Shown piece after piece: positions 9,703-21,881 of a DNA stretch of 64,000 nt (positions are counted from its first letter, which is position 1; every line of letters begins with the position of its first letter). The notes beneath the pieces were generated by a model, which did no database searches, was not told the DNA's origin, and saw nothing but the letters and a program-made list of their open reading frames with translations. The DNA lies in assembly GCA_963782055.1 (NCBI GenBank), contig CAWAIF010000003.1:3648001-3712000 (forward strand), read 5' to 3'. The translations under genes and the position numbers were made by a program. The DNA is from an uncultured delta proteobacterium (GTDB lineage Bacteria > Myxococcota_A > Polyangia > Polyangiales > Polyangiaceae).

Positions 9703-10808
9703 GCGAGCCCGTGCTCGTCGTCGCCGGCGAGCCCTCCGGGGACCGGGCGGCGGCGGGGGTGGTCTCCGCGCTGGGGGCGGTCGGCGCCGACTGCTTCGGC
9801 ATGGGGGGCGACGCGAGCGCGGACGCGGGGTCGGACCTCGTCGCGGCCCTGCAGCCGGCGATGGGCGCCTTCGCCGTCGCGCGGCGCGCGGGCGCGCTGG
9901 CGCGGGCCTTCACGCGGCTGACGCGAGAGGCGCGCGCACGGCGGCCCCGCGCGGCGGTCCTGGTCGACTACACCGAGTTCAACCTGCGCCTCGCGCCGCG
10001 GCTGCGCGCCGCAGGGACGCGCGTGCTCTGGTACGTGGCGCCGCAGGTCTGGGCGTGGCGCCCGGGGCGCGCGCGGGCGGTCGCGCGGGCGGTGGACCGT
10101 CTGGCGGTGATCCTGCCGTTCGAGGAGGACCTCTGGCGGCGCGCGGGGGCGGACGCGCGCTACGTCGGCCACCCGGCGATGGAGGTCCCGCTGACCCCGC
10201 GCGCCGAGGCGCGGCGCGCGCTGGGGCTGGACGCGTCGGCGGCGGCCGTGGCCCTGCTGCCGGGCAGCCGCGCGCACGAGGTGACGCGGCTGCACCGGCC
10301 GATGCTCCAGGCCGCGACGCGAGCCGGCGTCCGGGCGGTGCTCCTGCTGGCGTCGGGGCTGCCGCGGGCCGTGGCGCAGGACGCGCGCGAAGCCGCGGCG
10401 CGCGCGGGCGTCCCGGTGCGCGAGGTGGACCCGGCGCGGGGGGCCCTGCCCTGGCTTCCCGCCTTCGACGCCGCGCTGTGCGCCTCCGGCACCGCGTCGC
10501 TCGAGGCGGCGCTGGCCGGCGCGCCCCCGGTCGTCACCTACCGCACCGACGCCCTCACCGCACGGGTCGTGGGGGCGCTGCTGCGCACGCCGCACGTCGG
10601 CCTGCCCAACGTCGTGCTGGGTCGCCGCGCCTTCCCCGAGCTGCTGCAGGAGGAGGCGTCGCCCGGGCCCATGGCGGAGGCGCTCGGCGAGACGCTCGGC
10701 CCCGCGCGCGCCGCCCGCGCGGCGGCCTGCGCCGAGGTCGTGAGCCGCTTCGCGGGGGCGCGGACGCCCTCCCGGAGCGTGGCCGGGCTGGTGACGGAAT
10801 GGTTGTAG
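9699..10808 (+). CDS. lpxB: Lipid-A-disaccharide synthase
   Basis: VAGEPSGD, DYTEFN, YVAPQVWAWRPGR, ILPFE, YVGHP, LLPGSR, SGTASLE, GLPN, PELLQ. Confidence 0.92.
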   Translation: MSEPVLVVAGEPSGDRAAAGVVSALGAVGADCFGMGGDASADAGSDLVAALQPAMGAFAVARRAGALARAFTRLTREARARRPRAAVLVDYTEFNLRLAPRLRAAGTRVLWYVAPQVWAWRPGRARAVARAVDRLAVILPFEEDLWRRAGADARYVGHPAMEVPLTPRAEARRALGLDASAAAVALLPGSRAHEVTRLHRPMLQAATRAGVRAVLLLASGLPRAVAQDAREAAARAGVPVREVDPARGALPWLPAFDAALCASGTASLEAALAGAPPVVTYRTDALTARVVGALLRTPHVGLPNVVLGRRAFPELLQEEASPGPMAEALGETLGPARAARAAACAEVVSRFAGARTPSRSVAGLVTEWL

Positions 10809-10856
10809 TCTGCACACGCACTGGCCGCCCCCGCCCGCGCGTGCGATGAACGCGCC

Positions 10857-12389
10857 GTGACGCCGAAGGACAAGCGCGCGATGGAGCCCGCCGCCGCCGG
10901 GCTGATGGCCCTCTCGGCGTTGCTGCTGGTGATCCGCTGGTACGCCGCCAAGACCGTCGGCTTCGGCGACAGCGAGGCCCTCTACGCCGCCTACGCGCTG
11001 CACCCGCAGCCGGCCTACCTGGACCACCCGGGGCTCATCGGCGTCTTCGCGCGCGCGGTGGGCGGCGGGACGGCCCCCATGCCGGCGGGAGCGCACGCGG
11101 TCACGGCGGTGATGGCGACGATGGTCCCGTGGATCGCCTCCATCGTGGCGCGCAGCATGGGGGCGACCCGGCGCGCCGCCATGATCGCGGCGATCGCGCT
11201 GGCGGTCACCCCGGAGATCGCCGTCGGCCTCTTCGCCATGACGCCGGACCTGCTGCTCTGCTTCCTCTGGTTCGGCGCGCTGGGGACCGCCGCGGTGGCG
11301 CTGGAGGCGGAGCCGAAGAGCTCGCGTGCCGCGGTGGCGTTCCTGGGCGCGGGCCTCCTCTGCGGCGCCGCGGCGAGCGCGAAGGTGACGGGCCTGTTGC
11401 TGCTGGCCGGCCTGGTGGTGACGGTCCTGGTCGCCGGGCGCCGCCACGCCCGCACCATCTGGCCGTGGCTCGGCGTGGCGGCGGGCGCGCTGGTCTTCTG
11501 GCCGGTGGTGCAGTTCGAGGCGGCGCGCGGCTGGCCCATGCTCCATCACCGTCTCGTCGACACGCAGCACGGCGCGGGGCTGTCGCTGCGCAACCTGGGC
11601 GCGGTCTTGGGAGGCCAGCTCGTCTACGTCTCGCCGCTCCTGCTGGTGCTCGTGGTCTGGCTGGCGCGAGACCTCTACCGCGCCCGCAAGCGCGACGCGA
11701 CGAGCGCCCTGCTCTTCTGGTCCTTCGCCGTCCCGATCGCCGGGCTGCTGCCGCTCTGCCTGTGGAGCCGCGTCGCCGAGCCGCACTGGCTGGCGCCGCC
11801 CCTGCTGGCGCTGCCGCTGCACGCCGCGCGCACCGGTGTCCCCGTCGTGCAGGGCGGCGAGGTCCGCCCCCGCTGGCGCAAGCTCACCGTCGGCGCCGGC
11901 GCGCTGGGCCTGGCGCTCACCCTGGGCGTCTACGCGTGGGTGCTGTCCCCTTCCCTGCTCACGCTCGCCCCGCGCTCCTACGACGCCAAGGTGGACATCG
12001 CCAACGAGCTCTACGGCTGGAAGGACGCCGCGCGCGCCGCGCAGGAGATGGACGAGGAGGTCACGCTGGAGGACCCGCAGGAGACGGTGTGGGTCGTCGG
12101 CCCCAACTGGATGATCTGCGCGCAGCTCGCCGTCGTGCTTCCACGGGCCAGGGTCGGCTGCGCGTCGGAGACGCCGACCGACTTCGACGACTGGGCGCCG
12201 CGCGCCGTCTGGGAGAAGGCGGACAAGATCGTCTTCGTGACCGACAACCGCTTCCCGGTGGAGGCGGCGGCGCGGGTGCCCCACTTTCACCCGGGCCGCC
12301 TGCAGCGTCTGAGCATCTTCCGGGGCGGCCGCATCGTCCGCACCTTCGAGCTGACCCTGCTGGAGCGGCGGGCCCGGGCGTCGCGCTGA
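10857..12389 (+). CDS. GT-C (ArnT/PMT, GT39/83-like) membrane glycosyltransferase
   Basis: DSEALY...YLDHPG, TPD motif, many TM helices. Confidence 0.8.
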   Translation: MTPKDKRAMEPAAAGLMALSALLLVIRWYAAKTVGFGDSEALYAAYALHPQPAYLDHPGLIGVFARAVGGGTAPMPAGAHAVTAVMATMVPWIASIVARSMGATRRAAMIAAIALAVTPEIAVGLFAMTPDLLLCFLWFGALGTAAVALEAEPKSSRAAVAFLGAGLLCGAAASAKVTGLLLLAGLVVTVLVAGRRHARTIWPWLGVAAGALVFWPVVQFEAARGWPMLHHRLVDTQHGAGLSLRNLGAVLGGQLVYVSPLLLVLVVWLARDLYRARKRDATSALLFWSFAVPIAGLLPLCLWSRVAEPHWLAPPLLALPLHAARTGVPVVQGGEVRPRWRKLTVGAGALGLALTLGVYAWVLSPSLLTLAPRSYDAKVDIANELYGWKDAARAAQEMDEEVTLEDPQETVWVVGPNWMICAQLAVVLPRARVGCASETPTDFDDWAPRAVWEKADKIVFVTDNRFPVEAAARVPHFHPGRLQRLSIFRGGRIVRTFELTLLERRARASR

Positions 12390-12444
12390 GGGCCATGCGC
12401 GCCCGGTTTCGGGGCGCCGCGGCCTCGTGGTAGCTTCCCCCGCC

Positions 12445-13410
12445 ATGTCGCAGTCCGGTCCCTACACCCGCGAGCACGTCCTCTCCCTCTACGATCGCCC
12501 GCTCCTGCCTCTCGTCGACGAGGCACGCGCCGTCCATCGCGCGCACCACCCCGACAACGAGGTGCAGCTCTGCACGCTGCTCTCGGTCAAGACGGGCGGG
12601 TGCCCGGAGGACTGCGCGTACTGCCCGCAGTCCAGCCACTACCAGACCGACACCGCACCGGAGAAGATGCTGGACGTGCAGCAGGTGCTGGCGAGCGCCC
12701 GCGCCGCGCGTGAGGCGGGCTCCACGCGCTTCTGCATGGGCGCCGCCTGGCGCGAGGTGAAGGACGGCCCGGCGTTCGACCGCGTGCTGGAGATGGTCCG
12801 CGGGGTGAAGTCGATGGGCCTCGAGGCGTGCGTCACGCTGGGCATGCTGACGGAGTCGCAGGCGGTGCGCCTGAAGGAGGCGGGCCTGGACGCCTACAAC
12901 CACAACCTGGACACCAGCCGCGAGAACTACCGGTCCATCATCAAGACGCGCGGCTACGACGACCGCCTCGCTACCCTCGCCAGCGTGCGCAAGGCGGGCA
13001 TCACGGTGTGCTCCGGCGGGATCATCGGCATGGGGGAGAGCAAGGAGGACCGCTGCGAGATGCTGCGCACCCTCGCCAACCTGGACCCGCAGCCGGAGAG
13101 CGTGCCCATCAACGCCCTGGTCCCGGTGGAGGGCACGCCGCTCGGGGCGATGCCGCCCGTCGACCCGCTCGACCTGGTGCGCATGATCGCGGTGGCGCGC
13201 ATCCTCATGCCCCACGCGCGGGTGCGTCTCTCCGCCGGCCGCACGTCCCTCACGCGCGAGGCGCAGATGCTTTGCATGCTCGCCGGGGCCAACTCCATCT
13301 TCTACGGAGACCGCCTCCTCACCACGCCCAACCCTGGCGAGGACGAGGACCTCTCTCTGTTGCGTGACGCCGGTCTGGTGGCGATGCCTCCCTCGACGAC
13401 GGCTCCCTGA
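12445..13410 (+). CDS. bioB: Biotin synthase
   Basis: [11 protein letters not shown] radical-SAM motif, [32 protein letters not shown]. Confidence 0.97.
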   Translation: MSQSGPYTREHVLSLYDRPLLPLVDEARAVHRAHHPDNEVQLCTLLSVKTGGCPEDCAYCPQSSHYQTDTAPEKMLDVQQVLASARAAREAGSTRFCMGAAWREVKDGPAFDRVLEMVRGVKSMGLEACVTLGMLTESQAVRLKEAGLDAYNHNLDTSRENYRSIIKTRGYDDRLATLASVRKAGITVCSGGIIGMGESKEDRCEMLRTLANLDPQPESVPINALVPVEGTPLGAMPPVDPLDLVRMIAVARILMPHARVRLSAGRTSLTREAQMLCMLAGANSIFYGDRLLTTPNPGEDEDLSLLRDAGLVAMPPSTTAP

Positions 13411-13420
13411 CCCTCCCTCC

Positions 13421-14923
<1,503 letters not shown>

Positions 14924-14979
14924 GACGCTCCCCCCACTCGTGCCAGAAGTACGATACTGGAGTCTGGGGAAAAGGGAAC

Positions 14980-17277
14980 ATGGCCACTGGCACTTACAAC
15001 GGACCGCGTAACGTGGTGATCCTCGGCGGCGGCGTCGCCGGCGTGGCGGCCTTCGATGCGCTGACGGCGGCCCTCGCCGGGCTCAGCCTGCCGCCGGGAT
15101 TGCGTATCACGCTCGTGGAGGCGGAGGACGCGGCGGGCGGCCGCGCACAGTCCTTCGCGCTGGAAGGGCCGTCCCCGCGCCATCCGCACGCGCCGTACGG
15201 GACCTGCGGCCCGCACGGTATTCACTTCGTGTGGGGCAGCTACGCGCATCTCTTGCGCCTGATGGGCGACCTCGCCGCGACCCGCCTCTCCGGCGGGACG
15301 GCCACCTACTGCGCGTGGATGGCGCCGCCGGACCTGGCGGGCGGCGCGCCAGCGCGGGTGGCGGCGGTGCACGTGTGCGATCCGGAGCGCCCGGAGACCG
15401 CGTGGAACCCCCGCGCGCGGCGGGTGCTGCGCGCCTTCCGGGACGCGGGCGTCGCGGTGCGCGCCTTCGAGCGTGGGCTGGAGACCATCCTCGGCCTGCG
15501 CCTCTCGGCGCACGAGCTCCTCAGCTACATGGATGTGCTCTTCGACGAGGGCCTCGGGCCGGAGCTGCGCTGGTCCTTGCTCTTCTCCCGCGCGGTGCTG
15601 GCGCAGGTCGGCTCGCCGGAGACGAGCCCGCTGCTCGAGCGACTCCTCGGCAAGAGCCCCGCCGACGCCGACGTGGGCGAGCTCCTGCACCCCCTCTTCC
15701 ACCAGCACATCATGCCGCGCATGCGCCGCGCGCATGCCACCCTCGGCACGCTGCGCACGGTGACGCTGGGCGCCTTCCCGCGCCACGCCTCCGCGCCCGA
15801 CACCCCGGAGGGCGGGCTGCTGCACGACCTGCGCGCGGTGCTGGACGTGCTCGATCTCGTCGCGCGCGACGCCGCCGCCATGGTGGGCACCGTGGCCACC
15901 TACGACCCGCGCGCCTCCGGGTTCCTCAAGAACGCGCTGAAGGCGGCCTTCTCCAACCCCTACCCGCTCGACATCGGCACGGTGGTGCGCAACGCGCAGT
16001 TCGGCCTGCGCAGCTACGAGGGCGCGGTGCTGCGCCTCTTCGACGGCGACGACAGCCGCGGCATGTGGGAGGCCATCGCCGACCGCGCGGCGGCCCGCCT
16101 GCCCGGCGTGGCGCAGATCCGCCGCGGCGTCGTGGCGCGGGCGATCCGCACCGACCCCTCCGGGCGGGTGACGCACGTCGAGCTGACCGACACCCGCGCG
16201 TCGCGCGAGCCCGACGTGCCGGCGCTCCGTCCCCGCGCGGCCGGGCCAACGACCGAGACGCTGGATGTCGACGCCGTCATCTCCACCCTGCTGCCGCGCT
16301 CCCTCGCGGCGATCCTCCCGCCCGGCGCGCCCGCCGACCTGACGGAACGCCTCGCCACGCTCGGCGAGCGGATGAACGAGACCCTCAACCTGCAGCTCTT
16401 CTTCCCTCGCAAGATGGCGCTGCCGGTCGTCGACCCGCCGGCGGGCTCGTCGGAGATCAAGCCCTTCTCCATCTCCAACCTGGAGGGGCCCTTCACCATC
16501 GTCGTGGACCTGGAGCGCGGCTGGTCGCGGGAGAAGTTCGAGGGCATCGCGCTGGAGGCCGGGGACGTCGGCCGCCCCTTCGCCGGCACCGCGTGGGAGC
16601 TGGTGGGTACCTACCCGGAGTGCTTCACCTTCGACGCCTTCGCCAACCCGGGGCGCGTGCAGTGGCCGCTGGAGGTCCAGCAGCGCCTGGCGGCCATCAC
16701 CAGCGACCTCGCCGAGTTCAATCCGGCGGCGCTCGACACGCGCCAGTGGGTCCACGACACAGGGACGCCGGGGCACCTCCCGCAGCCGGTGCTCGGCGAG
16801 GTGCGCGCGGAGCTCACCGCCGCCTACCAGCAGAAGTGGACCCGGAAGGCCTCCCCCATCGTCGCCGCCCAGACGATGCGGCTGCTCGCCGACCTGCCGG
16901 GGCTGGCGCCGGACGACGCCACCTACCTCCGCGAGCAGGCAGACGCGGTGGAGCAGGGCGGGCCGGTCGCGATGCGCTGGACGCTGCTGCGGGCGTGCCA
17001 GGCGGAGAACCGCTTCTTCTCCGCCGAGCCGGGCCTCTTCGCCATCCGCCCCCACGCGCGCTTCCAGACCGCGATCCGGGGCCTCTGGGTCGCGGGCGAC
17101 TGGACGCGCAACGGCCTCAACCTTCAGGCGATGGAGGCGGCGACGATCTCCGGCCTGCAGGCCGCCTGCGGCGTGCTGGAGCAGGCGCGCGCGGGCGGGC
17201 TGGTCGGGGTGCGCCTGCCGCGGATCGATCCCTCCATCCTCCCGGAGGGTGCATGGGACTCCGGCCCGGACGCCTGA
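14980..17277 (+). CDS. FAD-dependent oxidoreductase (carotenoid desaturase/amine oxidase superfamily)
   Basis: GGGVAG Rossmann motif, GGRAQS, HGIHFVWGSY, C-terminal VAGDWT...MEAATISG. Confidence 0.8.
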   Translation: MATGTYNGPRNVVILGGGVAGVAAFDALTAALAGLSLPPGLRITLVEAEDAAGGRAQSFALEGPSPRHPHAPYGTCGPHGIHFVWGSYAHLLRLMGDLAATRLSGGTATYCAWMAPPDLAGGAPARVAAVHVCDPERPETAWNPRARRVLRAFRDAGVAVRAFERGLETILGLRLSAHELLSYMDVLFDEGLGPELRWSLLFSRAVLAQVGSPETSPLLERLLGKSPADADVGELLHPLFHQHIMPRMRRAHATLGTLRTVTLGAFPRHASAPDTPEGGLLHDLRAVLDVLDLVARDAAAMVGTVATYDPRASGFLKNALKAAFSNPYPLDIGTVVRNAQFGLRSYEGAVLRLFDGDDSRGMWEAIADRAAARLPGVAQIRRGVVARAIRTDPSGRVTHVELTDTRASREPDVPALRPRAAGPTTETLDVDAVISTLLPRSLAAILPPGAPADLTERLATLGERMNETLNLQLFFPRKMALPVVDPPAGSSEIKPFSISNLEGPFTIVVDLERGWSREKFEGIALEAGDVGRPFAGTAWELVGTYPECFTFDAFANPGRVQWPLEVQQRLAAITSDLAEFNPAALDTRQWVHDTGTPGHLPQPVLGEVRAELTAAYQQKWTRKASPIVAAQTMRLLADLPGLAPDDATYLREQADAVEQGGPVAMRWTLLRACQAENRFFSAEPGLFAIRPHARFQTAIRGLWVAGDWTRNGLNLQAMEAATISGLQAACGVLEQARAGGLVGVRLPRIDPSILPEGAWDSGPDA

Positions 17278-17295
17278 GTCCCGGGCTCCGGGCCC

Positions 17296-17952
17296 TCAGA
17301 TCGGGATCCACATCAGCCACTTGCCGCGGCGGGCGACGCGGCGCTCCACGTCGGCGAGCTTGCCGCGGCCGTCCAGGATCGCCATGGCGTCGCGCCACGC
17401 GCGACCGCGCCAGGCCGCGAACCTCTCCTCGGTGAGCAGCTCGTCGGCGTTGAGGCCGAGGGTGTCCATCGTCCGCAGCCCCTCGCCGTAGCGATCCTCG
17501 ACCAGCCGCTGGATGGACGGGACGGCGTGGGTGATGACCCCGTTGACCGCGAGGAAGTCGCGCAGCCGGCGCTCCCGGTCGTCCACCACGCCCTCGAGCA
17601 GGACCTCGCAGAGGTCGTAGGACATGTGCGCGTTGATGCCGAGCATCAGGTGGCGAATGGCGTGATGGCCGCGGTCGCCGCCCGCCGCGTCGAACGCCAC
17701 CTTCCACGGCAGCCCGCGCTCGCCGGCGTGCTCCAGCGCGAGCTGGTAGCGCCGGGCGAAGCGCACGTCGAAGTCGGCGATCCACGCCGGGTCCTCGAAG
17801 ACTCCGGAGGGCGAGTACGCCACGATGGCGAGGGTGAAGCGGTGGTAGGCGCGCGCGAAGATGCCGTAGGCCGCGGGCAGCTCGCCGCGCTCGGCGCGGG
17901 CGGCGCAGCCGGCGAGGTAGTCGAGCACGTCGTCGGTCGTCTGCAGGCTCAT
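17296..17952 (-). CDS. DUF5995-like protein
   Basis: F...Y..FT, FARRY, LMLGINAHMSYDL motif; ATG at 17952 overlaps the upstream gene stop. Confidence 0.75.
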   Translation of the reverse strand: MSLQTTDDVLDYLAGCAARAERGELPAAYGIFARAYHRFTLAIVAYSPSGVFEDPAWIADFDVRFARRYQLALEHAGERGLPWKVAFDAAGGDRGHHAIRHLMLGINAHMSYDLCEVLLEGVVDDRERRLRDFLAVNGVITHAVPSIQRLVEDRYGEGLRTMDTLGLNADELLTEERFAAWRGRAWRDAMAILDGRGKLADVERRVARRGKWLMWIPI

Positions 17953-18512
17953 TGCCACCGGAGCACCACCTTCAGCCGGCCGTCGGGCTCCAGGCCGTGT
18001 TCCTCGACCACATCGCGCGCGCGCGTGAGGCCGAGCACCGAGCGGAACATCTCGGACGCCGTCTGGCGGCTGAGCGGCGTCGTCGTGAGCACCGGGTGGT
18101 CCATGTGCACCACCGCGCGCCGGTCCTCGATCGCCACGTCCAGCTCGCCGTGAGTGTGATCGTGCCGCCAGAGCTCCGGCGCGCGCTTGAGCACCGCGCC
18201 GGGCGGTGCGAACTGGACCAGCAGCCGCCGTACCCGCCCGAAGCCGAGCGCGATGACGTGCCCCACGAACTCGCGGTAGGCCTCGTGGCTGCCCAGCGCC
18301 GGGCCCGCGCACACCGCCTCGGCGAGATCGAGCATGTACCGCTCGGGGACCCAGCCCACCGCGACCACCAGGTTGTCCGCCACCAGCACCTCGCGCGTCC
18401 GCGGCGGCAATCGCTCGACGATGTCACGCCACCCCGCCGTCCCCCAAAGCGTGAGCGCCGCGGAGCGAAAGGCGAGGAGCTGGGTGGCGCGCGTGGACGG
18501 CTCGCCGATCAT
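17949..18512 (-). CDS. Myxobacterial hypothetical protein (DUF2378/V4R-like)
   Basis: GWVPE, APELWRHDHTHG, C-terminal LRW pattern; start uncertain (18512 or 18551). Confidence 0.6.
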   Translation of the reverse strand: MIGEPSTRATQLLAFRSAALTLWGTAGWRDIVERLPPRTREVLVADNLVVAVGWVPERYMLDLAEAVCAGPALGSHEAYREFVGHVIALGFGRVRRLLVQFAPPGAVLKRAPELWRHDHTHGELDVAIEDRRAVVHMDHPVLTTTPLSRQTASEMFRSVLGLTRARDVVEEHGLEPDGRLKVVLRWQ

Positions 18513-18606
18513 CGGTGACGGGGCGGCCCGCCGGGGGCTCGCCGAAAGCACGAGGAGGCCATGAAGTCCTCCGAGGATACCGCATCGCCCCGCGGCGCGG
18601 AGCAGG

Positions 18607-20082
18607 CTACTTCTTCAGCCAGCGCCCGATGGTGTTGCGCCCGATGCCCAGGCGCCGCGCGGCCTCCGTCTTGTTGCCGCCGCACGCGCGGATCGCCGCC
18701 TCCACGTAGCGGCGCTCCGCCTCCTGCAACGTCAGGCCGGGCGGCAGGCGGACGCCGTCCTCCCCTGCCCCCGCGCCTTCCTCCTCCGCCACCTCCGCCT
18801 CCTCCGCCGGGAAGCCGGACGGACGGATCACGCCGTCGGGGGCGAGCACCAGCGCGCCCTCCACCCAGTGCTCCAGCTCGCGCACGTTGCCCGGCCAGCG
18901 GTGCTTGCGCAGCCGCTCCAGCGCCTCGGGCGTGAAGCGCGGCTCGGGCCGCGCGTAGCGCCTGGCGTACATGTCGGCGAAGTGCCGGGCGAGCTGCTCG
19001 ATCTCCTCCGGGCCGCGCGCCCGCAGCGGCGGCAGCACGATCTCCACGACGCGCGCGCGGTAGTACAGGTCCTCGCGAAAGCGCCCCTCCTTGACCAGCG
19101 CCCGCAGATCGCGGTGCGTGGCGCACACGACGCGCACGTCGGCGCGCAGCGTCTCGCGGCCGCCCACCCGCTCGAACTCGTGGTCCTGCAGGAAGCGCAG
19201 CAGCTTGCCCTGGATGTCCAGCGGCAGGTCGCCGATCTCGTCCAGGAAGAGCGTGCCCCCCGCCGCCATCTCCACCTTGCCGAGCACTCGCCTGTCGGCC
19301 CCGGTGAAGGCGCCTCGCTCGTGGCCGAAGAGCTCGCTCTCGACGAGCTGCGCGGGGAGCGTGGTGCAGTCCACCACGACGAAGGGCCCCGCCTGCCGCT
19401 TGGAGTTGACGTGCACCGCGCGCGCGAAGCGTCCCTTGCCGGTGCCCGTCTCCCCGCGGAAGAGCACCGTGGCGTCGGTCTGCGCGGCGAGGGTGACGCG
19501 CTCGTAGACCTCCTTGAGCAGCGCGCAGCGTCCGACGATGCGGTTGAAGGGCCCTCGCAGGGTGACGCCGGGCCCCGCGGCGTTCTCCGCCCGCAGCGTG
19601 GTCAGCGAGAGCGCCCGCGCGAGCTGCGTGGCGAGCGCCAGAAGATAGCGCTGGTCTTCCTCGTCGAAGGCGCCGCCGCCCTCGCGGTTGAGCACCTGCA
19701 CCACGCCCCGCACCGGCGCGTGCGCGTCCTCCCGGACGGGGACCACCAGCATCGACCGCGTCACGTACCCCGTCGCCTTGTCGGCGGTGGGGTCGAAGCG
19801 CGGATCGCGCGTGGCGTCCTCGATGCGCACGGCCTCGCCCGTCCGCGCGACGTACCCGGCGATGCCGCGGGCGACCGGCTGCCGCAGCGCGGGGACCTCC
19901 GGCAGCATCGCCACGCGCGTGACCAGCTCCCCGCCATCGGCGTCCAGCAGCCAGAGCGTCGCCCGGTCCGCCCGCAGCGCCGCCGCCACCCGCTCGCACG
20001 CCGTCGCCAGCAGCGCGTCCAGGTCGATCTCCCGCGCGAGCAGCGACGCCAGGTCGACGAGCAGCGACAGGCGGTTGGACAT
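18607..20082 (-). CDS. GAF-domain sigma54-dependent activator (Fis-type HTH)
   Basis: N-terminal GAF (VVQVLNR..AFDEED), [42 protein letters not shown]. Confidence 0.95.
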   Translation of the reverse strand: MSNRLSLLVDLASLLAREIDLDALLATACERVAAALRADRATLWLLDADGGELVTRVAMLPEVPALRQPVARGIAGYVARTGEAVRIEDATRDPRFDPTADKATGYVTRSMLVVPVREDAHAPVRGVVQVLNREGGGAFDEEDQRYLLALATQLARALSLTTLRAENAAGPGVTLRGPFNRIVGRCALLKEVYERVTLAAQTDATVLFRGETGTGKGRFARAVHVNSKRQAGPFVVVDCTTLPAQLVESELFGHERGAFTGADRRVLGKVEMAAGGTLFLDEIGDLPLDIQGKLLRFLQDHEFERVGGRETLRADVRVVCATHRDLRALVKEGRFREDLYYRARVVEIVLPPLRARGPEEIEQLARHFADMYARRYARPEPRFTPEALERLRKHRWPGNVRELEHWVEGALVLAPDGVIRPSGFPAEEAEVAEEEGAGAGEDGVRLPPGLTLQEAERRYVEAAIRACGGNKTEAARRLGIGRNTIGRWLKK

Positions 20083-20157
20083 CGCCGGAAGCCTAGCGAA
20101 TCCCGCGGTCTCGCGCCCTCCGGAAAGAGTGTACTCTACAACCATCTGCGGCGATCC

Positions 20158-21018
20158 TCACGCCGCCACGCTCCCCGCCGGCTCGGGGATCACCAGGCAC
20201 ATGCCCTCGCGCGCGGCCGTCGTGTCGGCGAAGAGCTCGCGCGCCAGGCCCTCGATCTCCTCCACTCCGGCGTCGGTGCGCTGCGGGTCGTGATGGAAGA
20301 GCACCAGCTTGCCGATGCCCGCGGCGTTCGCCAGCTCGGCGCCGGCCACGTAGGTCGAGTGCCCCCACCCCACCTTGGAGCGGCCCCCCGCCGAGGGCGC
20401 GCCGGCGTACTCCGCCGGCGTGTACTGGGCGTCGTAGATGAGCATGTCGGCGCCGCGCGCCAGCGCGAGCAGGGTGGGGTCGATGCAAGCGTAGTGCTCG
20501 GTGTCGGTGGCGAACACGAGGCTTCGCCCGCCGTGCTCCAGGCGATACGCGTAGACGCCGCCGGGGTGGTTCAGGCGCGCGGCGCGCACGCGCACGTCGC
20601 CGACCTCGAAGGGCTGATCCGCTCGGACCTCCTTGTAGGCGAGCTCGGCGGCGAGGTCGTCGAGCTGCACCGGGAAGTGAGGCTCGGTCATCTGCCGGCT
20701 GAGCTTGTCGCGCAGCGAGCCGCGCCCGTCCGACGAGCCGACGACGGTGAGCCGGGAGGTGGGCACGTACGCAGGGACGAAGAAGGGCAAGCCCTGGATG
20801 TGGTCCCAGTGGAAGTGCGAGAGCAGCAGGGTCGCCTCCGCCGGCTTGCCCTCCCGCATCATCGCGTCACCCAGACGCCGCAGCCCGGTGCCCGCGTCGA
20901 GCACGATGCGCTCGCCCGCGCACTGCACCTCCACACAGCTCGTGTTGCCCCCGACCTCCGCCGTGTCCGGTCCCGGCGACGCGATGCTCCCCCGGACTCC
21001 CCAGAATCGAATTTCCAT
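20158..21018 (-). CDS. MBL-fold metallo-hydrolase
   Basis: [50 protein letters not shown]. Confidence 0.9.
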   Translation of the reverse strand: MEIRFWGVRGSIASPGPDTAEVGGNTSCVEVQCAGERIVLDAGTGLRRLGDAMMREGKPAEATLLLSHFHWDHIQGLPFFVPAYVPTSRLTVVGSSDGRGSLRDKLSRQMTEPHFPVQLDDLAAELAYKEVRADQPFEVGDVRVRAARLNHPGGVYAYRLEHGGRSLVFATDTEHYACIDPTLLALARGADMLIYDAQYTPAEYAGAPSAGGRSKVGWGHSTYVAGAELANAAGIGKLVLFHHDPQRTDAGVEEIEGLARELFADTTAAREGMCLVIPEPAGSVAA

Positions 21019-21043
21019 GATGGCGCTCCTGCGGAGAGCGTAT

Positions 21044-21059
21044 TGCGAGGCGCGTGCCA
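21044..21059 (-). promoter_or_regulatory. Candidate sigma54 (-24/-12) promoter for the MBL-hydrolase gene
   Basis: Minus strand TGGCACGCGCCTCGCA (GG-N10-GC), 25 nt upstream of the ATG. Confidence 0.65.
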
Positions 21060-21190
21060 CGCGAAAGGCCCGAAGGCACGAGGGCTCTCCCCCTGCCCGC
21101 ACCACGCTGGGGCCCCGTGCTGGTGCACCAGCTCGGCGGTGGGTCGGCTTGACGCCACGCCGCAAATTGGCGACCGTGCACGCGGGAGAG

Positions 21191-21520
21191 ATGCGACGCG
21201 TACTCGTCGTGGATGACTCGGCGGTGGCCCGGAGCCTGCTCGTCTCGCGCCTCACGGCCGCGGGCCTGGAGGCCGTGGACGTCGCGTCGGCGCCGGAGGC
21301 GCTGGCGGTGGACCTGGACGCCCTCGCCTGCGCGGTGGTGGACGTGGAGCTGGGGCCCTCCTCCGGCCTGGACCTCGCCGACGCCCTCACCGCGCGCAGC
21401 CCCCGGCTGCCCATCGCCTTCTTCACCGGCGGCGGCCTGAAGGAGGCCGCTCACCCCGTCTTCGTCAAGCCGCGTGATCTGGACAATCTGATCGCCTGGG
21501 CTCTCGACCGCTGCTCCTGA
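21191..21520 (+). CDS. Single-domain response regulator
   Basis: VLVVDDS, VVDVELG (phospho-Asp), FFT, KP. Confidence 0.85.
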   Translation: MRRVLVVDDSAVARSLLVSRLTAAGLEAVDVASAPEALAVDLDALACAVVDVELGPSSGLDLADALTARSPRLPIAFFTGGGLKEAAHPVFVKPRDLDNLIAWALDRCS

Positions 21521-21879
21521 CGTTCCACCGCCTCCTCCAGCGCCGCCTCCATGCGCACCCGCCGGGTGGCCGCCCGCTGCGCCCTGAACGCGGTCCACCA
21601 CCCGCCTCCACGGCTGAGGGTGGTGACCGGGGGCGGAAGGGCCCCGCGATACGGGGTTCCCTCCCCCGCCCGATCCGCCTGCGGGCAAGGCGGCGCAGCC
21701 CGTCGCTCCAGCGCACGCGTGGCGGCTGCCATGCGGCGACGCCTCCAGGCCTGATACGCCCGTCCCCACGGAAGCCACCGCTGGAGCGGCGGACTGAAGG
21801 TGCCGACGGCCAGGGTGATCAGCGAGCCCCACGCGACCTCGAAGGCGAGCATCTCCAGCGCGTCCGTCATGTCGCGCAT
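21451..21879 (-). CDS. Hypothetical membrane protein
   Basis: Follows the upstream gene by 2 nt; one TM; TPYR motif; 3' end overlaps the response regulator. Confidence 0.4.
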   Translation of the reverse strand: MRDMTDALEMLAFEVAWGSLITLAVGTFSPPLQRWLPWGRAYQAWRRRRMAAATRALERRAAPPCPQADRAGEGTPYRGALPPPVTTLSRGGGWWTAFRAQRAATRRVRMEAALEEAVERQEQRSRAQAIRLSRSRGLTKTG

Positions 21880-21881
21880 CG

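Noticed and set aside
14930..14945. TGGCACG on the minus strand upstream of the PAS kinase as a sigma54 promoter
   Set aside because: No GC at the -12 position.
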